From: Oceanispirochaeta sp.
Lineage (GTDB): Bacteria; Spirochaetota; Spirochaetia; DSM-2461
DNA: 64,000 nucleotides
Direction: 5' to 3'
Assembly: GCA_963663385.2 (NCBI GenBank)
Contig: CAXXXD010000003.1
Coordinates: 32,001-96,000, forward strand
Shown: piece by piece, positions 9,418 through 19,888 of the stretch
Layout of the letters: each line of letters starts with the position of its first letter
Position numbering within the stretch: position 1 is the stretch's first letter
Position numbers and translations under genes: made by a program
Notes under the pieces: generated by a model
Told to the model about the DNA's origin: nothing
Databases searched by the model: none
What the model saw: the letters and a program-made list of their open reading frames with translations, nothing else

Positions 9418-12219
9418 TCAGATAACCCATTGGATATCATTGATCTGTTCTCTGTTCAATTCCCTGTCCGCGTAGCGGTATATTAAACCGGTCCGGTACA
9501 TTAAATGCAGTATCTCTTTGTCGATATGCTCCTCTTCTGCCATCTTCTGCAGGATTTCAAATGCTTTGGAAAGCTTCAGGGGCTCCCGGTAGGGTCTGTC
9601 CTTGGCGGTCAGTGCCTCAAAAATATCGGCAACCGCAATGATTCTGGCCTGCAGGGGGATCTGTTCGTACTTCAGTCCCTCCGGATACCCGGTGCCGTTC
9701 AGTTTCTCATGGTGCATGGAGGCGTACCGGGCGACCTTGCCCAGGTGTCTGGGAAAGGTCAGTTCGTTGAGGATGCGCTTTGTCATCTCCGCATGGTGCT
9801 CGATGATTTTCCTCTCCTGACTGTTCAGATTGCCTCTTCTGATGGATAGAAGATCGAATTCCTCTTCAGTCAGCAGCGGCTGTGTCAGCTCTCCCATGGT
9901 GAAACTCCTGCTCCGGATTCGCTTCAGTTTTTCCAGATCCTCATCTGTCAGGTATCCTCCGCTGATGTTGCAGCTTTTAATGAACTCAAGCTCTTCCATC
10001 AACTCCTCCGGAGAGTCGTCGACTTTCGGAAATATTGTCTCTTTTCTGTTTAATTCCAGCAGCATTCTATAACGCATAACAATCCTGTCAATGCCATCCT
10101 GGAATTTCTGCATCTTGGTCTGTTTATCAATCAGGCTCTCCGGTGTGGTAATCTTTCCGATATCATGCATCCACGCGGCCATATAGAGTTCTTCCATCTC
10201 CTCGGATGAAAAGGATACTTCCGAATAGGAACCTGTTTCATCTTTATTAATCTCCCGGGCAATCATCTCGGTAAGGGTAACAACCCGCCGGATATGACCT
10301 CCGGTAAAGGCGGATTTCTCATCAATGGCCATAGCGATGCTTTTAATAAAAGCATGGAACAGGGATTCAAGGTCCTTCTGGAGCTGGACATTCGTTAACG
10401 CCACAGCCGCCTGGGAGGCCAGTGAAATAATAAGACTCTCGGTTATGGTTGAAAAGGGGATCACTTCTCCTGATCTTACGCGGGCGTTTATAAGCTGAAT
10501 AACCCCGATAAGCTCCCCCTCGTTGTTTTTCATGGGGATCACAAGCATGGACCGGGAGCGGTAGCCGTTGCGGGAATCATAATTCCGGGTTCCCTGAAAA
10601 TCGAATTTATCCGTGCTGTATACATCCGGGATATTGATAACCTCTCCCGTAAGAGCCGCATGGGAGGAGACATTGAAATGGTTGGGATTTCCCGATTCAT
10701 CGTATAGGGGAACCGGTGGAAAGGTAACAGGGGTTCCGCTGGTCCCGCCCATATGGAAATTCATGGTTTCCGTATGAAGGATGACAAAATCCAGATGTTT
10801 TTTCTCCGTATTGTACAGGTACAGGGTTCCTCCGTCGGCATTTGTCAGTTTCCGGGCTTCATTCAGTATGATCTCCAGCAGATGAATAACATTTTTCTCA
10901 GTAGAAAGGGCCAGGCCTATATCGGCAAAGGCCTTGTACCCGGCTTCGCTTTCATGAAGGATATCCAGTTTCTCCAAAAGCTCTCTGTTGGCGGAACTGA
11001 GTTTCCTTCGAAGATCATTGTAGGCTTCCGCCAGAAGGTAGAATTCATCTCCCGTATCCAGGGTAATCTCTTCAAACTCCTCCTCATCCATTTTTTTCAT
11101 GGATTGGATAAGGGTTTCCAGGGGATCAAGAATGTTTTTGCTGAACTGATGCCTGAAAAGGAAAAAGAGAAGAAACACTGTTGTTATAATAAAAACAATA
11201 ACAGAAAGAATAACCATATTCCGCGCGTAGATCAGATTCCTTCTTTTGTGAACCAGGAGAATAGAGTAATTCTGGCCTGTATTGCCTTCTGTTGCCAGAG
11301 GTATCGGGGCGTAATAGATATGGCAGAGTTCCTGTTCCAGTCTGATATTCCTGATGCTCCCGGATTCTCCCTTTACTGCTGCCGATACGGCAAGGCCGAC
11401 TTCCGGGGGCCATTCCAGAACGGTTTTTTCCTGATTCAGAAAACCGTCCCCATTCAGTTTCCCCCTGTCCTCCAGCAGGGTCGAGCGTGTCATCTCAATC
11501 AGGTTGTATATATGCGCAATTTTTTCCGCATCCGGATGAGCGATAATCACCCCGTTCATATCAGTTACAATCGCATACATATCGCTGGATTTTACATAGC
11601 TCTCAACCAGGTTCTGTATATGCTGAAAGTTGATGTCCATCCCCAGAATCCCGATGAGCGAATCCCCCTCCAGGATGGGATGAAATACAGAAGCTGCCGG
11701 CTTATTCCCTGTAAGGGAGTAGTAGGAGAAGGAGATAAACGGCCTGTAATCCCTGCCCTCTGTAATCTGCTTGAACCACCAGCGTTCGGAGCGCTGTCCC
11801 AGCATCCCGTAACTGCGAGCCGTCTGGTTGCCTTCCGCATCCTGGAGAAAGAAGAGGTCCACAAATCTGTACCTCTGCTGCATAGCTGCGAAGAGGGGGA
11901 AGCCGGAACTGTTGCCCAGGCTCCCTGAGGTATCATAATCCTCTGCATAAGCAGTTTTGCGCCTCTCCCAGCTCTCCGCTTCAATCAGGGAATTTCTCAC
12001 TTCCGGATTGATGGATAACTGATAGTTCAGGGTTACCGCATGTTCCAGAAAACGTTCCATGCTTTCAGCCAGGCCGTCGATATAGATCCGGTCTTTTATC
12101 CTGTTATCCTGTTCGGATTTCACCAGCAGATAAGCCGTAATAAACCAGGAGGAAACAGTGACGGATATCCCGACCGAAAGGATCAATAAAATGTACAGTT
12201 TTCTGGATATTTTACTCAC
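9418..12219 (-). CDS. HD-GYP c-di-GMP phosphodiesterase with Cache, HAMP and GAF domains
   Basis: WMHDIGK, HHEKLNGTGYP, ADIFEALTAKDRPY; two TM segments; GAF (ADGGTLYL..MLVIPM); GTG start. Confidence 0.9.
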   Translation of the reverse strand: MSKISRKLYILLILSVGISVTVSSWFITAYLLVKSEQDNRIKDRIYIDGLAESMERFLEHAVTLNYQLSINPEVRNSLIEAESWERRKTAYAEDYDTSGSLGNSSGFPLFAAMQQRYRFVDLFFLQDAEGNQTARSYGMLGQRSERWWFKQITEGRDYRPFISFSYYSLTGNKPAASVFHPILEGDSLIGILGMDINFQHIQNLVESYVKSSDMYAIVTDMNGVIIAHPDAEKIAHIYNLIEMTRSTLLEDRGKLNGDGFLNQEKTVLEWPPEVGLAVSAAVKGESGSIRNIRLEQELCHIYYAPIPLATEGNTGQNYSILLVHKRRNLIYARNMVILSVIVFIITTVFLLFFLFRHQFSKNILDPLETLIQSMKKMDEEEFEEITLDTGDEFYLLAEAYNDLRRKLSSANRELLEKLDILHESEAGYKAFADIGLALSTEKNVIHLLEIILNEARKLTNADGGTLYLYNTEKKHLDFVILHTETMNFHMGGTSGTPVTFPPVPLYDESGNPNHFNVSSHAALTGEVINIPDVYSTDKFDFQGTRNYDSRNGYRSRSMLVIPMKNNEGELIGVIQLINARVRSGEVIPFSTITESLIISLASQAAVALTNVQLQKDLESLFHAFIKSIAMAIDEKSAFTGGHIRRVVTLTEMIAREINKDETGSYSEVSFSSEEMEELYMAAWMHDIGKITTPESLIDKQTKMQKFQDGIDRIVMRYRMLLELNRKETIFPKVDDSPEELMEELEFIKSCNISGGYLTDEDLEKLKRIRSRSFTMGELTQPLLTEEEFDLLSIRRGNLNSQERKIIEHHAEMTKRILNELTFPRHLGKVARYASMHHEKLNGTGYPEGLKYEQIPLQARIIAVADIFEALTAKDRPYREPLKLSKAFEILQKMAEEEHIDKEILHLMYRTGLIYRYADRELNREQINDIQWVI

Positions 12220-12394
12220 TCTTCAACCTCGGGAACCAAGTTATATTCATTAGAAAAATAATCATCAATTTAAATATTGTTTCTTCCGAAGCAATATTCA
12301 AGAATAATTATTGTATTTTCTGATTCTTTCGGACAGGATCGCTGCCTCTTCTCCTTCGATCTGTTGCAGATCGGGGAAAGAGGCAGTCATGTTT

Positions 12395-13222
12395 TCAGCC
12401 CTTGATACCGGTGGAGGCGATCCCTTTGACAAACTGTTTCTGGAAAAGGATGAAAAGGATCAGCATGGGCCAGATGGCAATGGTTGCTCCTGCCATTAAC
12501 TGGGGATAGTCCGTAAAGAACTGTCCCTGTAAAGTCGCCAGTCCGGAAGAGAGGGTGAACTTCTCAACAGAGGTGTTGACAATAAGAGGCCACATAAGCT
12601 CTTTCCAGGCAAAAAGGGATGTAAAAATCCCCAGAGAGACCAGGGCGTTCCCGCAGAGGGGAAGCATTATCCGCCAGTAGATGCTGAAAGGGTTGCAGCC
12701 GTCTATTACCGCTGCCTCCTCCAGATCTTTCGGGATGCTCATAAAAAACTGCCGGAGAAGAAAGGTTCCGAAGGCGCTGACAAAACCGGGCAGAACAAGG
12801 CCGGCAATGGTATCCAGCCAGCCGAGCTTTACGGCTATCAGGTATTGGGGAATCAGGAATATCTGGGGAGGAACCATCATCTGTATTAAAACCAGATAAA
12901 ACAGAAGATCCCTTCCGGGGAATTTGAGCCGGGCAAAACCGTAGGCCGCCATGGAACTGAACAGGAGAACCGGAATCATCCGTCCGCCGATCATTCCCAT
13001 GGTGTTGATAAACAGCCTGGAGAAGGGCAGGAGTCCCGATACTTCCCGGTAGTTCTCCCAGCGAGGTGATTCCGGCAGATATCTGATGGGTATCTGTGTC
13101 GATTCGGCCAGGGTTTTAATGGAAGTAAGAAACATCCAGAGAAAAGGGGCTGCCATTGTCAGAGCTCCCAGAAGGAGCAGTATATATACTATTGAGTGCT
13201 GGTTTCGTTTTTTTCGTATCAT
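12395..13222 (-). CDS. carbohydrate ABC transporter permease (MalG-like)
   Basis: EAA loop IPKDLEEAAVIDG; AAYGFARLKFPGR. Confidence 0.92.
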   Translation of the reverse strand: MIRKKRNQHSIVYILLLLGALTMAAPFLWMFLTSIKTLAESTQIPIRYLPESPRWENYREVSGLLPFSRLFINTMGMIGGRMIPVLLFSSMAAYGFARLKFPGRDLLFYLVLIQMMVPPQIFLIPQYLIAVKLGWLDTIAGLVLPGFVSAFGTFLLRQFFMSIPKDLEEAAVIDGCNPFSIYWRIMLPLCGNALVSLGIFTSLFAWKELMWPLIVNTSVEKFTLSSGLATLQGQFFTDYPQLMAGATIAIWPMLILFILFQKQFVKGIASTGIKG

Positions 13223-13227
13223 TTTAA

Positions 13228-14130
13228 TTAATCTCCATAATGGACCCATTTCTTCTGCATTCTGAACTGTATGACCGTCACAAGGAGAATCAGGATAAGC
13301 AGTCCCATAATCAGGGATGAGGCATAGGCTTTGTTCATGGATTCAAATCCCTGCTGATAGTAGTAGCGAACTACGGTCCTGGCAAAGGGATAGGCCGGAT
13401 TCGAATTGGTGGGGGGATACATCATATAGATAAGATCAAACTGTTTCAGTCCGTTGATAATACTTGTAATGACTACAAAAAAGATTGAGGGCGTCAACAG
13501 GGGCAGGGTGATGTACAGGTATCGCCTGACAGGAGAAGCCCCGTCAATCAGGGATGCTTCATGATACATTTTGGGAATCCCCTGCAAACCGGCCAGGAGT
13601 ATAATCATGTTGTATCCGACAGATTGCCAGATTGCGATAACGGCTACCGACGGAAGCCCCCATACGGGATCTGTATTCCATGCCGCTACGGGCAGGTGGA
13701 ATACAGCCAGCAGCTGATTCAGGATCCCGTAATCGGCATTGTAAATCCAGCGCCAGATCATGGCCACTGCGGCAGGAGCTGATACGACGGGCAGAAAAAA
13801 GATTGCGCGGAAAAGTCCTTTCCCTTTGATTCCCAGATTGAGGAACTGAGCTGCAATAAGTGAGAATACCGTACCCAGCGGCACGGTCAGCAGCGTAAAC
13901 AGGAAGGTATTATAAACAGAACGCCAGAAATCCCTGTCCTTTATAAGAACCCTGTAGTTATTCAGTCCTTCCCAGTCGAAGCGGCCGAAATCTCCCGAGC
14001 TGCAGAGACTCAGATAAAATGTTTGTATCATGGGCCAGATATTCAGAAGAATAAGGCCCAGAATAGTGGGGAGGATCATGAAGTATCCCCAGCCGATGGC
14101 AGCCCAGCGGCGTGTAGTTATATTGCTCAT
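13228..14130 (-). CDS. carbohydrate ABC transporter permease (MalF-like)
   Basis: LAGLQGIPKMYHEASLIDGA; ITLPLLTP. Confidence 0.92.
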   Translation of the reverse strand: MSNITTRRWAAIGWGYFMILPTILGLILLNIWPMIQTFYLSLCSSGDFGRFDWEGLNNYRVLIKDRDFWRSVYNTFLFTLLTVPLGTVFSLIAAQFLNLGIKGKGLFRAIFFLPVVSAPAAVAMIWRWIYNADYGILNQLLAVFHLPVAAWNTDPVWGLPSVAVIAIWQSVGYNMIILLAGLQGIPKMYHEASLIDGASPVRRYLYITLPLLTPSIFFVVITSIINGLKQFDLIYMMYPPTNSNPAYPFARTVVRYYYQQGFESMNKAYASSLIMGLLILILLVTVIQFRMQKKWVHYGD

Positions 14131-14162
14131 AATATTTATTGTTATCCTAGATAGGTTGGGAG

Positions 14163-14196
14163 GAACCGGTCTCTCCCCGCCGGGAGAGACCGGTTC
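14163..14196 (-). terminator. 15-bp stem hairpin after the solute-binding protein gene (mRNA stabiliser or partial terminator)
   Basis: GAACCGGTCTCTCCC-CGCC-GGGAGAGACCGGTTC. Confidence 0.6.
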
Positions 14197-14215
14197 TCTT
14201 GTATAATACTGTTTA

Positions 14216-15475
14216 TCAGTTGCTGCCCATTACTTCGTTTACCCGGGCGGCGATGCTGTGGCACCCGTCTTCCACGCTGATTTCATTATTCATGATTTTT
14301 ACCATGGTTTCTTTTTCGAACTGCATGTATTTGGGTGCTTCCTTGGTGTAGGGGTAGGGGAATCCGTCTCCCAGCTGTTCAACATAGGCATTCAGATTGA
14401 ATTTCTTATTATAGGCAATCCAGGGAGCCTGGGTATTTTTGTAGGCCGGGATGGCAGCCCCTTCTTCGGCACTGATCAGCTGAGCCTCATAGGTCCCCAG
14501 AAACTTGACAAATTCCCAGGCTGCTTCGGGGTTGGATGTATCGGCTGCCACAGAGTTGGCCAGACCATTGTAAACAGTTGCCCGGCGCTTACCCATGGGA
14601 AGTACCGCAAGGTCGGCAATCTCGGATGTCACTTCGTTTTTGGAGAGCCAGGAAACATTCCAGGCCCCGGTGTAGTACATAGCCAGTTTTCCGGATGAGA
14701 ACATGATGTTGGGTTTTGTATCCGCCATCTGCTGTACCGTGGGAGATACCTTGTATTTATGGATCAGATCGTGAAGAAACTGAATGGCGCCGATCGCTTC
14801 CGGACTGTCAAAACCGGAACGGCTGGTCTCGCTGTTGATTACCTGGGCATTGTTCTGGAACATGATGTTATAGTACATCTCCTGTCTGTCCACAGCTGCG
14901 GCAAATCCGTATACTCCCTCATCCTCATTTGTCAGAAGGGCCGCCGTTTCGACCAGTTTGTTCCAGTCCCAACTGTCATCGGGATAGGCCAGGCCGGCCG
15001 TATCGAACATCTTTTTATTGTAAACAAGGGCGATTGTATCGAAATCCTTGGGGATCCCGTAACTCTCGTCTCCGATTTTATACAGGTTGGTTACTCCCGA
15101 GGGGTAGTTGCTCATATCCAGCTCGGGATCCTCATCTATTCTGTCCGAGAGGGGCATAAGTTTACCCGCATCGGCGTATTTATGAAAACGGGTAACATGC
15201 ATCCAGAATACGTCCGGCATATTGCCGCCCAGGGTAGCCGCTTCCAGTTTGGTCCAGTAATCGCCCCAGTTTGAAACCTGAAGTTCAACAGTAATATCGG
15301 GATTCTGTGCCATAAAAGCTTCAGCCATGGCCCTCATCCCGGGTTCCTGGTTTTTATCCCAGAAGGCATAGGTAATGGTCGAGGGACCTTCGGTTTTGCT
15401 CTCCTGATCTCCGGATGCCCAGAGGGCTGTGCCGATCAGAGTCAGTGTCAGAATCATCAAGAAAAACTTTTTCAT
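14216..15475 (-). CDS. sugar ABC transporter substrate-binding protein
   Basis: Signal peptide (ALWASGDQE), MPDVF, YNKKMFDTAG, WDW, EAAWEFVKFL. Confidence 0.92.
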   Translation of the reverse strand: MKKFFLMILTLTLIGTALWASGDQESKTEGPSTITYAFWDKNQEPGMRAMAEAFMAQNPDITVELQVSNWGDYWTKLEAATLGGNMPDVFWMHVTRFHKYADAGKLMPLSDRIDEDPELDMSNYPSGVTNLYKIGDESYGIPKDFDTIALVYNKKMFDTAGLAYPDDSWDWNKLVETAALLTNEDEGVYGFAAAVDRQEMYYNIMFQNNAQVINSETSRSGFDSPEAIGAIQFLHDLIHKYKVSPTVQQMADTKPNIMFSSGKLAMYYTGAWNVSWLSKNEVTSEIADLAVLPMGKRRATVYNGLANSVAADTSNPEAAWEFVKFLGTYEAQLISAEEGAAIPAYKNTQAPWIAYNKKFNLNAYVEQLGDGFPYPYTKEAPKYMQFEKETMVKIMNNEISVEDGCHSIAARVNEVMGSN

Positions 15476-15599
15476 TTTTTCAGCTCCTTATATTTTTTCA
15501 TAAGTATAGGAGCGCTGTTAAACGCTGCGTAGTGAGCAATCTTAATGAAAAGGAGGATTATCTTTTGATTACTCTCAACCTCAGTTCTGTAAAGGTGCA

Positions 15600-17147
15600 C
15601 TAATTTCCGATTTGGTGCATTTCCTTCCTATACTCTCTGGGGGTTAACCCCGTATGGGTTTTGAACAGGCGGCTGAAATACTTTTCGTTGGGAATGCCGC
15701 ACTGAGCCGCAATTTCGTAAATCCTCAGCTCCGGACGGGATTCCAGAAGTTTCCGGGCCAGTTCCATTCGTTTCCTGATCAGGTAGTCACTGAAATTCTC
15801 CCCTGTTTTTTCCTTAAACCAGCTGCTGAAATAACTCCCGCTCAAGCCGCTTTGCCCGGCTGTTTCCTGCAGGGAGAGAGGGCGGGACATATTCGCTTCA
15901 ATAAAGGCAAGACAGCGGCTTATCAGATTAACAGGTTGGCATTTTGCCTGATCTTCTATTCCCTTCAGGGCATCCTGAAACAGTTTCTCCAGTTCATCAA
16001 GCGAGGATATATGCCATAGGGAACAGAGCGGCAGCTGCCGGGGCGACCGGGCTGATCCTTCCATGGCCAGACCGGCCTTCTGCCGGTTCAGGTAGGCAAT
16101 AAACTGAAGAGACAGGTTTTTAAGGGTTTTTGCATCCTTCAGTCTGCGGAGGTGAAGAAAAACCCCGGTCAGGATTTGCTCCTTTTCCTCCGGCGTGGTC
16201 GAATGACTGATCAGGAGTCTGAAATCGTCCATCCATTCCGGGGATTCCTCAGGGATGCTCGCCTTCATATTTTCGGAGAATCCCAGGGGACTGTCAGAAT
16301 GAAAGAAGGAGTCCCACATTACCATCTCCGTTTCAAGGTAGGCATCATTCAGATAACACAGATTGTCTGTCAGGGGGCCGATCCCCCAAAAAACAGGCAG
16401 AGATAAATAGGTAGCCAGGGCATTGCGAAGGCGTTTCTCCATAGCCCGGATTTTCTGTTCTGTCAGCTCTTCCTTTTTTCCGTATAACAGAAGGATCCAG
16501 TAGTTTTTTTCCGGCCCCGGATCATAGAAAAAGATCCCGCTTCCTCTTGCCACGCCTTCGGTTATCTGAAGCAGGGTCATCTTCTCTTCGTTTCCCGCCA
16601 TGGGTTGGCGGATCTGCAGTATCCCCGGCCTGTAGGATAACTCCTTCCAGGAGTGTTCCAGATTTTCCAGGCTTTTCTGCCGTATTCCGGATGAGGAATT
16701 CAGCAGGATCTCTTTCAGGATATGGCTGCCGTGACGGGGAACCCTGTCCGGCCGCATACCATTATCCCCCGGGGGAATCCTCTGTTTGAGGGTACGGATA
16801 AAGGCCAGGAAATTCTCCCTGTTCAGATCGGTTTTCAGTATATAATCGGCAGCTCCGCAGCGGATGGCTTCCTGGGCATACTGGAAGTCTCCATGATTGC
16901 TTAATACCGCCACTATCCCCGGGAAGCTCCGTTTTTTCAATTCCTTCATCAGTTCCAGACCGTTCATCAGGGGCATCTGAATATCCGTCAGAATCACGTG
17001 GGGCTTGAGTTTTTCCGCCATTTCCAGAGCTTCCATCCCGTTTTCCGCTTCTCCGCAAATACGGCAGCCCTCACTGTTCCAGTCCAGAAGCATTTTAATT
17101 CCGGTTCTTACCAGTAGTTCGTCATCAGCCAGCAGTATATCTAGCAT
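15600..17147 (-). CDS. response regulator, REC plus AraC (YesN-like)
   Basis: LADDE..TDIQMP receiver domain; C-terminal AraC double HTH. Confidence 0.9.
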   Translation of the reverse strand: MLDILLADDELLVRTGIKMLLDWNSEGCRICGEAENGMEALEMAEKLKPHVILTDIQMPLMNGLELMKELKKRSFPGIVAVLSNHGDFQYAQEAIRCGAADYILKTDLNRENFLAFIRTLKQRIPPGDNGMRPDRVPRHGSHILKEILLNSSSGIRQKSLENLEHSWKELSYRPGILQIRQPMAGNEEKMTLLQITEGVARGSGIFFYDPGPEKNYWILLLYGKKEELTEQKIRAMEKRLRNALATYLSLPVFWGIGPLTDNLCYLNDAYLETEMVMWDSFFHSDSPLGFSENMKASIPEESPEWMDDFRLLISHSTTPEEKEQILTGVFLHLRRLKDAKTLKNLSLQFIAYLNRQKAGLAMEGSARSPRQLPLCSLWHISSLDELEKLFQDALKGIEDQAKCQPVNLISRCLAFIEANMSRPLSLQETAGQSGLSGSYFSSWFKEKTGENFSDYLIRKRMELARKLLESRPELRIYEIAAQCGIPNEKYFSRLFKTHTGLTPREYRKEMHQIGN

Positions 17148-18898
17148 ATATGGGGTCCTCCCTGAAACAGCAGTGTACAGAGCGCCCCGCCTTCAGGAAG
17201 ATTGGCCAGTTTCAGCTCGCTCTTCTCTCCGTAGTACAGTTTCAGTCTGTCTCTCACATTTTTCAATGATATTCCGTTTCCCGTAATCATATAGGAACCG
17301 TTCCCTGTCCAGTTCTCCAGCAGATCTGCCGGAAAACCCGATCCGTTGTCCCGTATGCGGCAGATCATTCCGTCCCTGCTTATTTCACTCTCTATCCCGA
17401 TGAGGCCTCCCGCCTCTCCGAAAGCATGGAACAAAGAATTTTCCACCAGGGGCTGGAGCAGCAGTTTCGGTATAGGGAAATTGTCGCACTCCCCTGTCCC
17501 TGCTATTTTCAGTGTGAACCTGTTCTCGTAACGGATATTATGGATGGATACGAAATGACGGATATTTTCCAACTCCTGCTGATAGGGGATCAGCTCTTCA
17601 TCCCGGTTGATGCTGTTTCGCAAAAGGCTTGTCAGGGATGTAATGACTTCCACAATAGAATCACTCCCCTGTATCATGGCCATCCATTTAACCGAATCAA
17701 GGGTGTTGTACAGGAAATGAGGCCTGATCTGGGCCTGCAGGGCAGAAAGTTCGGCCTGCCGTTTTTCCTCCTGGTTTCTCAGCAGTTGACTCTGATACTC
17801 CCGCATCCTCAGGGTCATGCGGTTGAATGAGCGTTCCAGGGAGCCGACCTCATCGGTTCTTCCGGTCAGAACCGAGAGTTCAAACTGTTTATCCTCAAAC
17901 TGATGCATCTCCTTTTCCAGTCCCTTCAGGGGAGACGTGATACGGGATGACAGGATAGAACTGACCAGCAGTGCGGCCAGTACGGAGGCAAACAGGGTTG
18001 CCAGAAAGAGTTTACGGATAGTACTGACAGGAGCCATCAACTCCTGTTTCCGGATCTCCTCAAGGAGGATAATACCATCGGAAGAAGTGGAGTAGGAGTA
18101 CCAGAATCTTTCATCCTCAAGGTTCTGCTCCATGTTGCCGCTGCCCTGTTCCTTCAGGATTCTGTCCAGTATTTCCTGCGGGAACCCGGCCAGAGCCGGA
18201 AAGAGAATGCTTCCCTTCTGGTTAAACAGGAGGATCCTCCTTCCCTTCCGGGCGGGCAGATTGCGGATAATCTCTTCAAAAACCGTAAAATAATCCAGAG
18301 AAATGACCAGGGTTCCCTTGAGTTGTCCCTGCCGGTCATTCAGGGGGTGTACAAGACTGATATACTGGGTTTTCCCCTCCCTCGGCATGGCTTCGGTACG
18401 GGAAAAATTCTTGACGTCCATATAGAACAGCTGGGTATGTCCCGTTTCTTCCGCTTTCCGGAACCAGCTGCTGCTGCGTATGTTTTCCTCCTGGATATCG
18501 AAGGTATAGGTCGTAGACAGAATCCCTTTTTCTCCCGGATAAAGGGTAATGGATAACAGTCTGGTTCTCCGGCTGATATAACGGAGCAGGATGGCCGTCA
18601 GTTCCTTCCGGTTTTTTTCCGGATCGTCCAGCAGGCGCATAAAAAGCGGATCCTGTTCGAGATCATTGGGGACATAGGTCATCTCATCGATAAAAAACTC
18701 CAGATTCTGTCTGACAAGCCGCAGGGTTGTGGTGGCGCTGTTCAGGATCAGCTGCTCCATAGTTGACGATGAAGAGCGGATCAGAGGCAGGCTCTGAAGA
18801 AGGAGAAGAGAAACCGTCAGGAGAGAAATGGTGGCAAACAGCCTGTTTTTTAAACTGCTTTCAAACCATCTCAGCAGGGGGACTCTGATCTTTCTCAC
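17141..18898 (-). CDS. sensor histidine kinase (YesM-like)
   Basis: LQAQIRPHFLYNTLD, PKLLLQPLVENS, DNGSG. Confidence 0.9.
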   Translation of the reverse strand: MRKIRVPLLRWFESSLKNRLFATISLLTVSLLLLQSLPLIRSSSSTMEQLILNSATTTLRLVRQNLEFFIDEMTYVPNDLEQDPLFMRLLDDPEKNRKELTAILLRYISRRTRLLSITLYPGEKGILSTTYTFDIQEENIRSSSWFRKAEETGHTQLFYMDVKNFSRTEAMPREGKTQYISLVHPLNDRQGQLKGTLVISLDYFTVFEEIIRNLPARKGRRILLFNQKGSILFPALAGFPQEILDRILKEQGSGNMEQNLEDERFWYSYSTSSDGIILLEEIRKQELMAPVSTIRKLFLATLFASVLAALLVSSILSSRITSPLKGLEKEMHQFEDKQFELSVLTGRTDEVGSLERSFNRMTLRMREYQSQLLRNQEEKRQAELSALQAQIRPHFLYNTLDSVKWMAMIQGSDSIVEVITSLTSLLRNSINRDEELIPYQQELENIRHFVSIHNIRYENRFTLKIAGTGECDNFPIPKLLLQPLVENSLFHAFGEAGGLIGIESEISRDGMICRIRDNGSGFPADLLENWTGNGSYMITGNGISLKNVRDRLKLYYGEKSELKLANLPEGGALCTLLFQGGPHIC

Positions 18899-19803
18899 GA
18901 TTTCTCCTCTTTTGTCAAAAAAACAGGTTCTCCCAGAATCGGAGCCCTTTTTCTTTTTCGGAACTCACGGGGGGGGCAGCCGTACTGTTTTCTGAAACTC
19001 CGGGAAAAAAGACCGGGATCTTCGAATCCGCACAGTTCCGCAATAGCCGCAATATTCCGGGCAGAGTGTATCAGATATTCCGCCGCTGATTCCAGCTGAA
19101 CTTCCCGGATCAGCTTCCCCGGGGTAATCCCCGTGTTCTGCCGCAGCCAGGTTATGAAGTAGTGAGGTTCATATCCCCACAGGGCGGCCAGTTTGTCAAC
19201 TGAAGCGGATGTCAGGCTTTTCTTAATCATCTCTTCAGTCTGCTTTCTTACGGAAGGGTCCATTTTCGCTCTGGCAATGGAGGCGTCTATCAGAAGAAGG
19301 AGTTCATAGGCTGTCCGGGAATTGCTCCGGAAATCTTTCACATCCCTGCCGTTCAGATCTTCCTGCAGTTCCTTTGTTCTTTTTATTATTTTCCCCGGAT
19401 CCGCCAGAGGGATAAGGGAACCGTTTTCTTCTCTCCATTTCCTGAATAAGGAGACCGCTGCAGGGCCCGTAAAGGTCAGATAGATAAACTCCCATGGATC
19501 GTTTCCTCTGTGCCTGTAGCAGAACGGCACTTCCGGAGATGCCAGAAAAGCACAACCCGCAGGAACCGGATGCATGCGTTCCCTGCAGCTCTCAGAGTAC
19601 CATCCTGTTCCTTTGAGGGTCAGCTGAAAAACCTCGCCTTTGTGATAGCGGCTCAATCGTTCATTATCAAAGATATAGTCTGCGGAATTGACTGTCTCAT
19701 GCCCTGTACCAAAAAGGTTCACAGGCAGTCCGGGATTGCCCCGCTGTTCCGGAGAGATAAAAACATAATTGCCGTTTTTCCATAAAATCATATTTATATC
19801 CAT
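18895..19803 (-). CDS. AraC family regulator
   Basis: Cupin-like N-terminus; CGFEDPGLFSRSFRKQYGCPP. Confidence 0.88.
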   Translation of the reverse strand: MDINMILWKNGNYVFISPEQRGNPGLPVNLFGTGHETVNSADYIFDNERLSRYHKGEVFQLTLKGTGWYSESCRERMHPVPAGCAFLASPEVPFCYRHRGNDPWEFIYLTFTGPAAVSLFRKWREENGSLIPLADPGKIIKRTKELQEDLNGRDVKDFRSNSRTAYELLLLIDASIARAKMDPSVRKQTEEMIKKSLTSASVDKLAALWGYEPHYFITWLRQNTGITPGKLIREVQLESAAEYLIHSARNIAAIAELCGFEDPGLFSRSFRKQYGCPPREFRKRKRAPILGEPVFLTKEEKS

Positions 19804-19888
19804 GTTTTACGAGTAATAAACATATATTATTATAACCTGTCTTATTAAAATACAAGTTAAATAATATTTTTGGAAGGTTTTTTTTATT

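Noticed and set aside
14163..14196. Hairpin containing GGTCTC/GAGACC like the bridge-RNA stems
   Set aside because: No further similarity; the position is typical of a post-SBP stabilising hairpin
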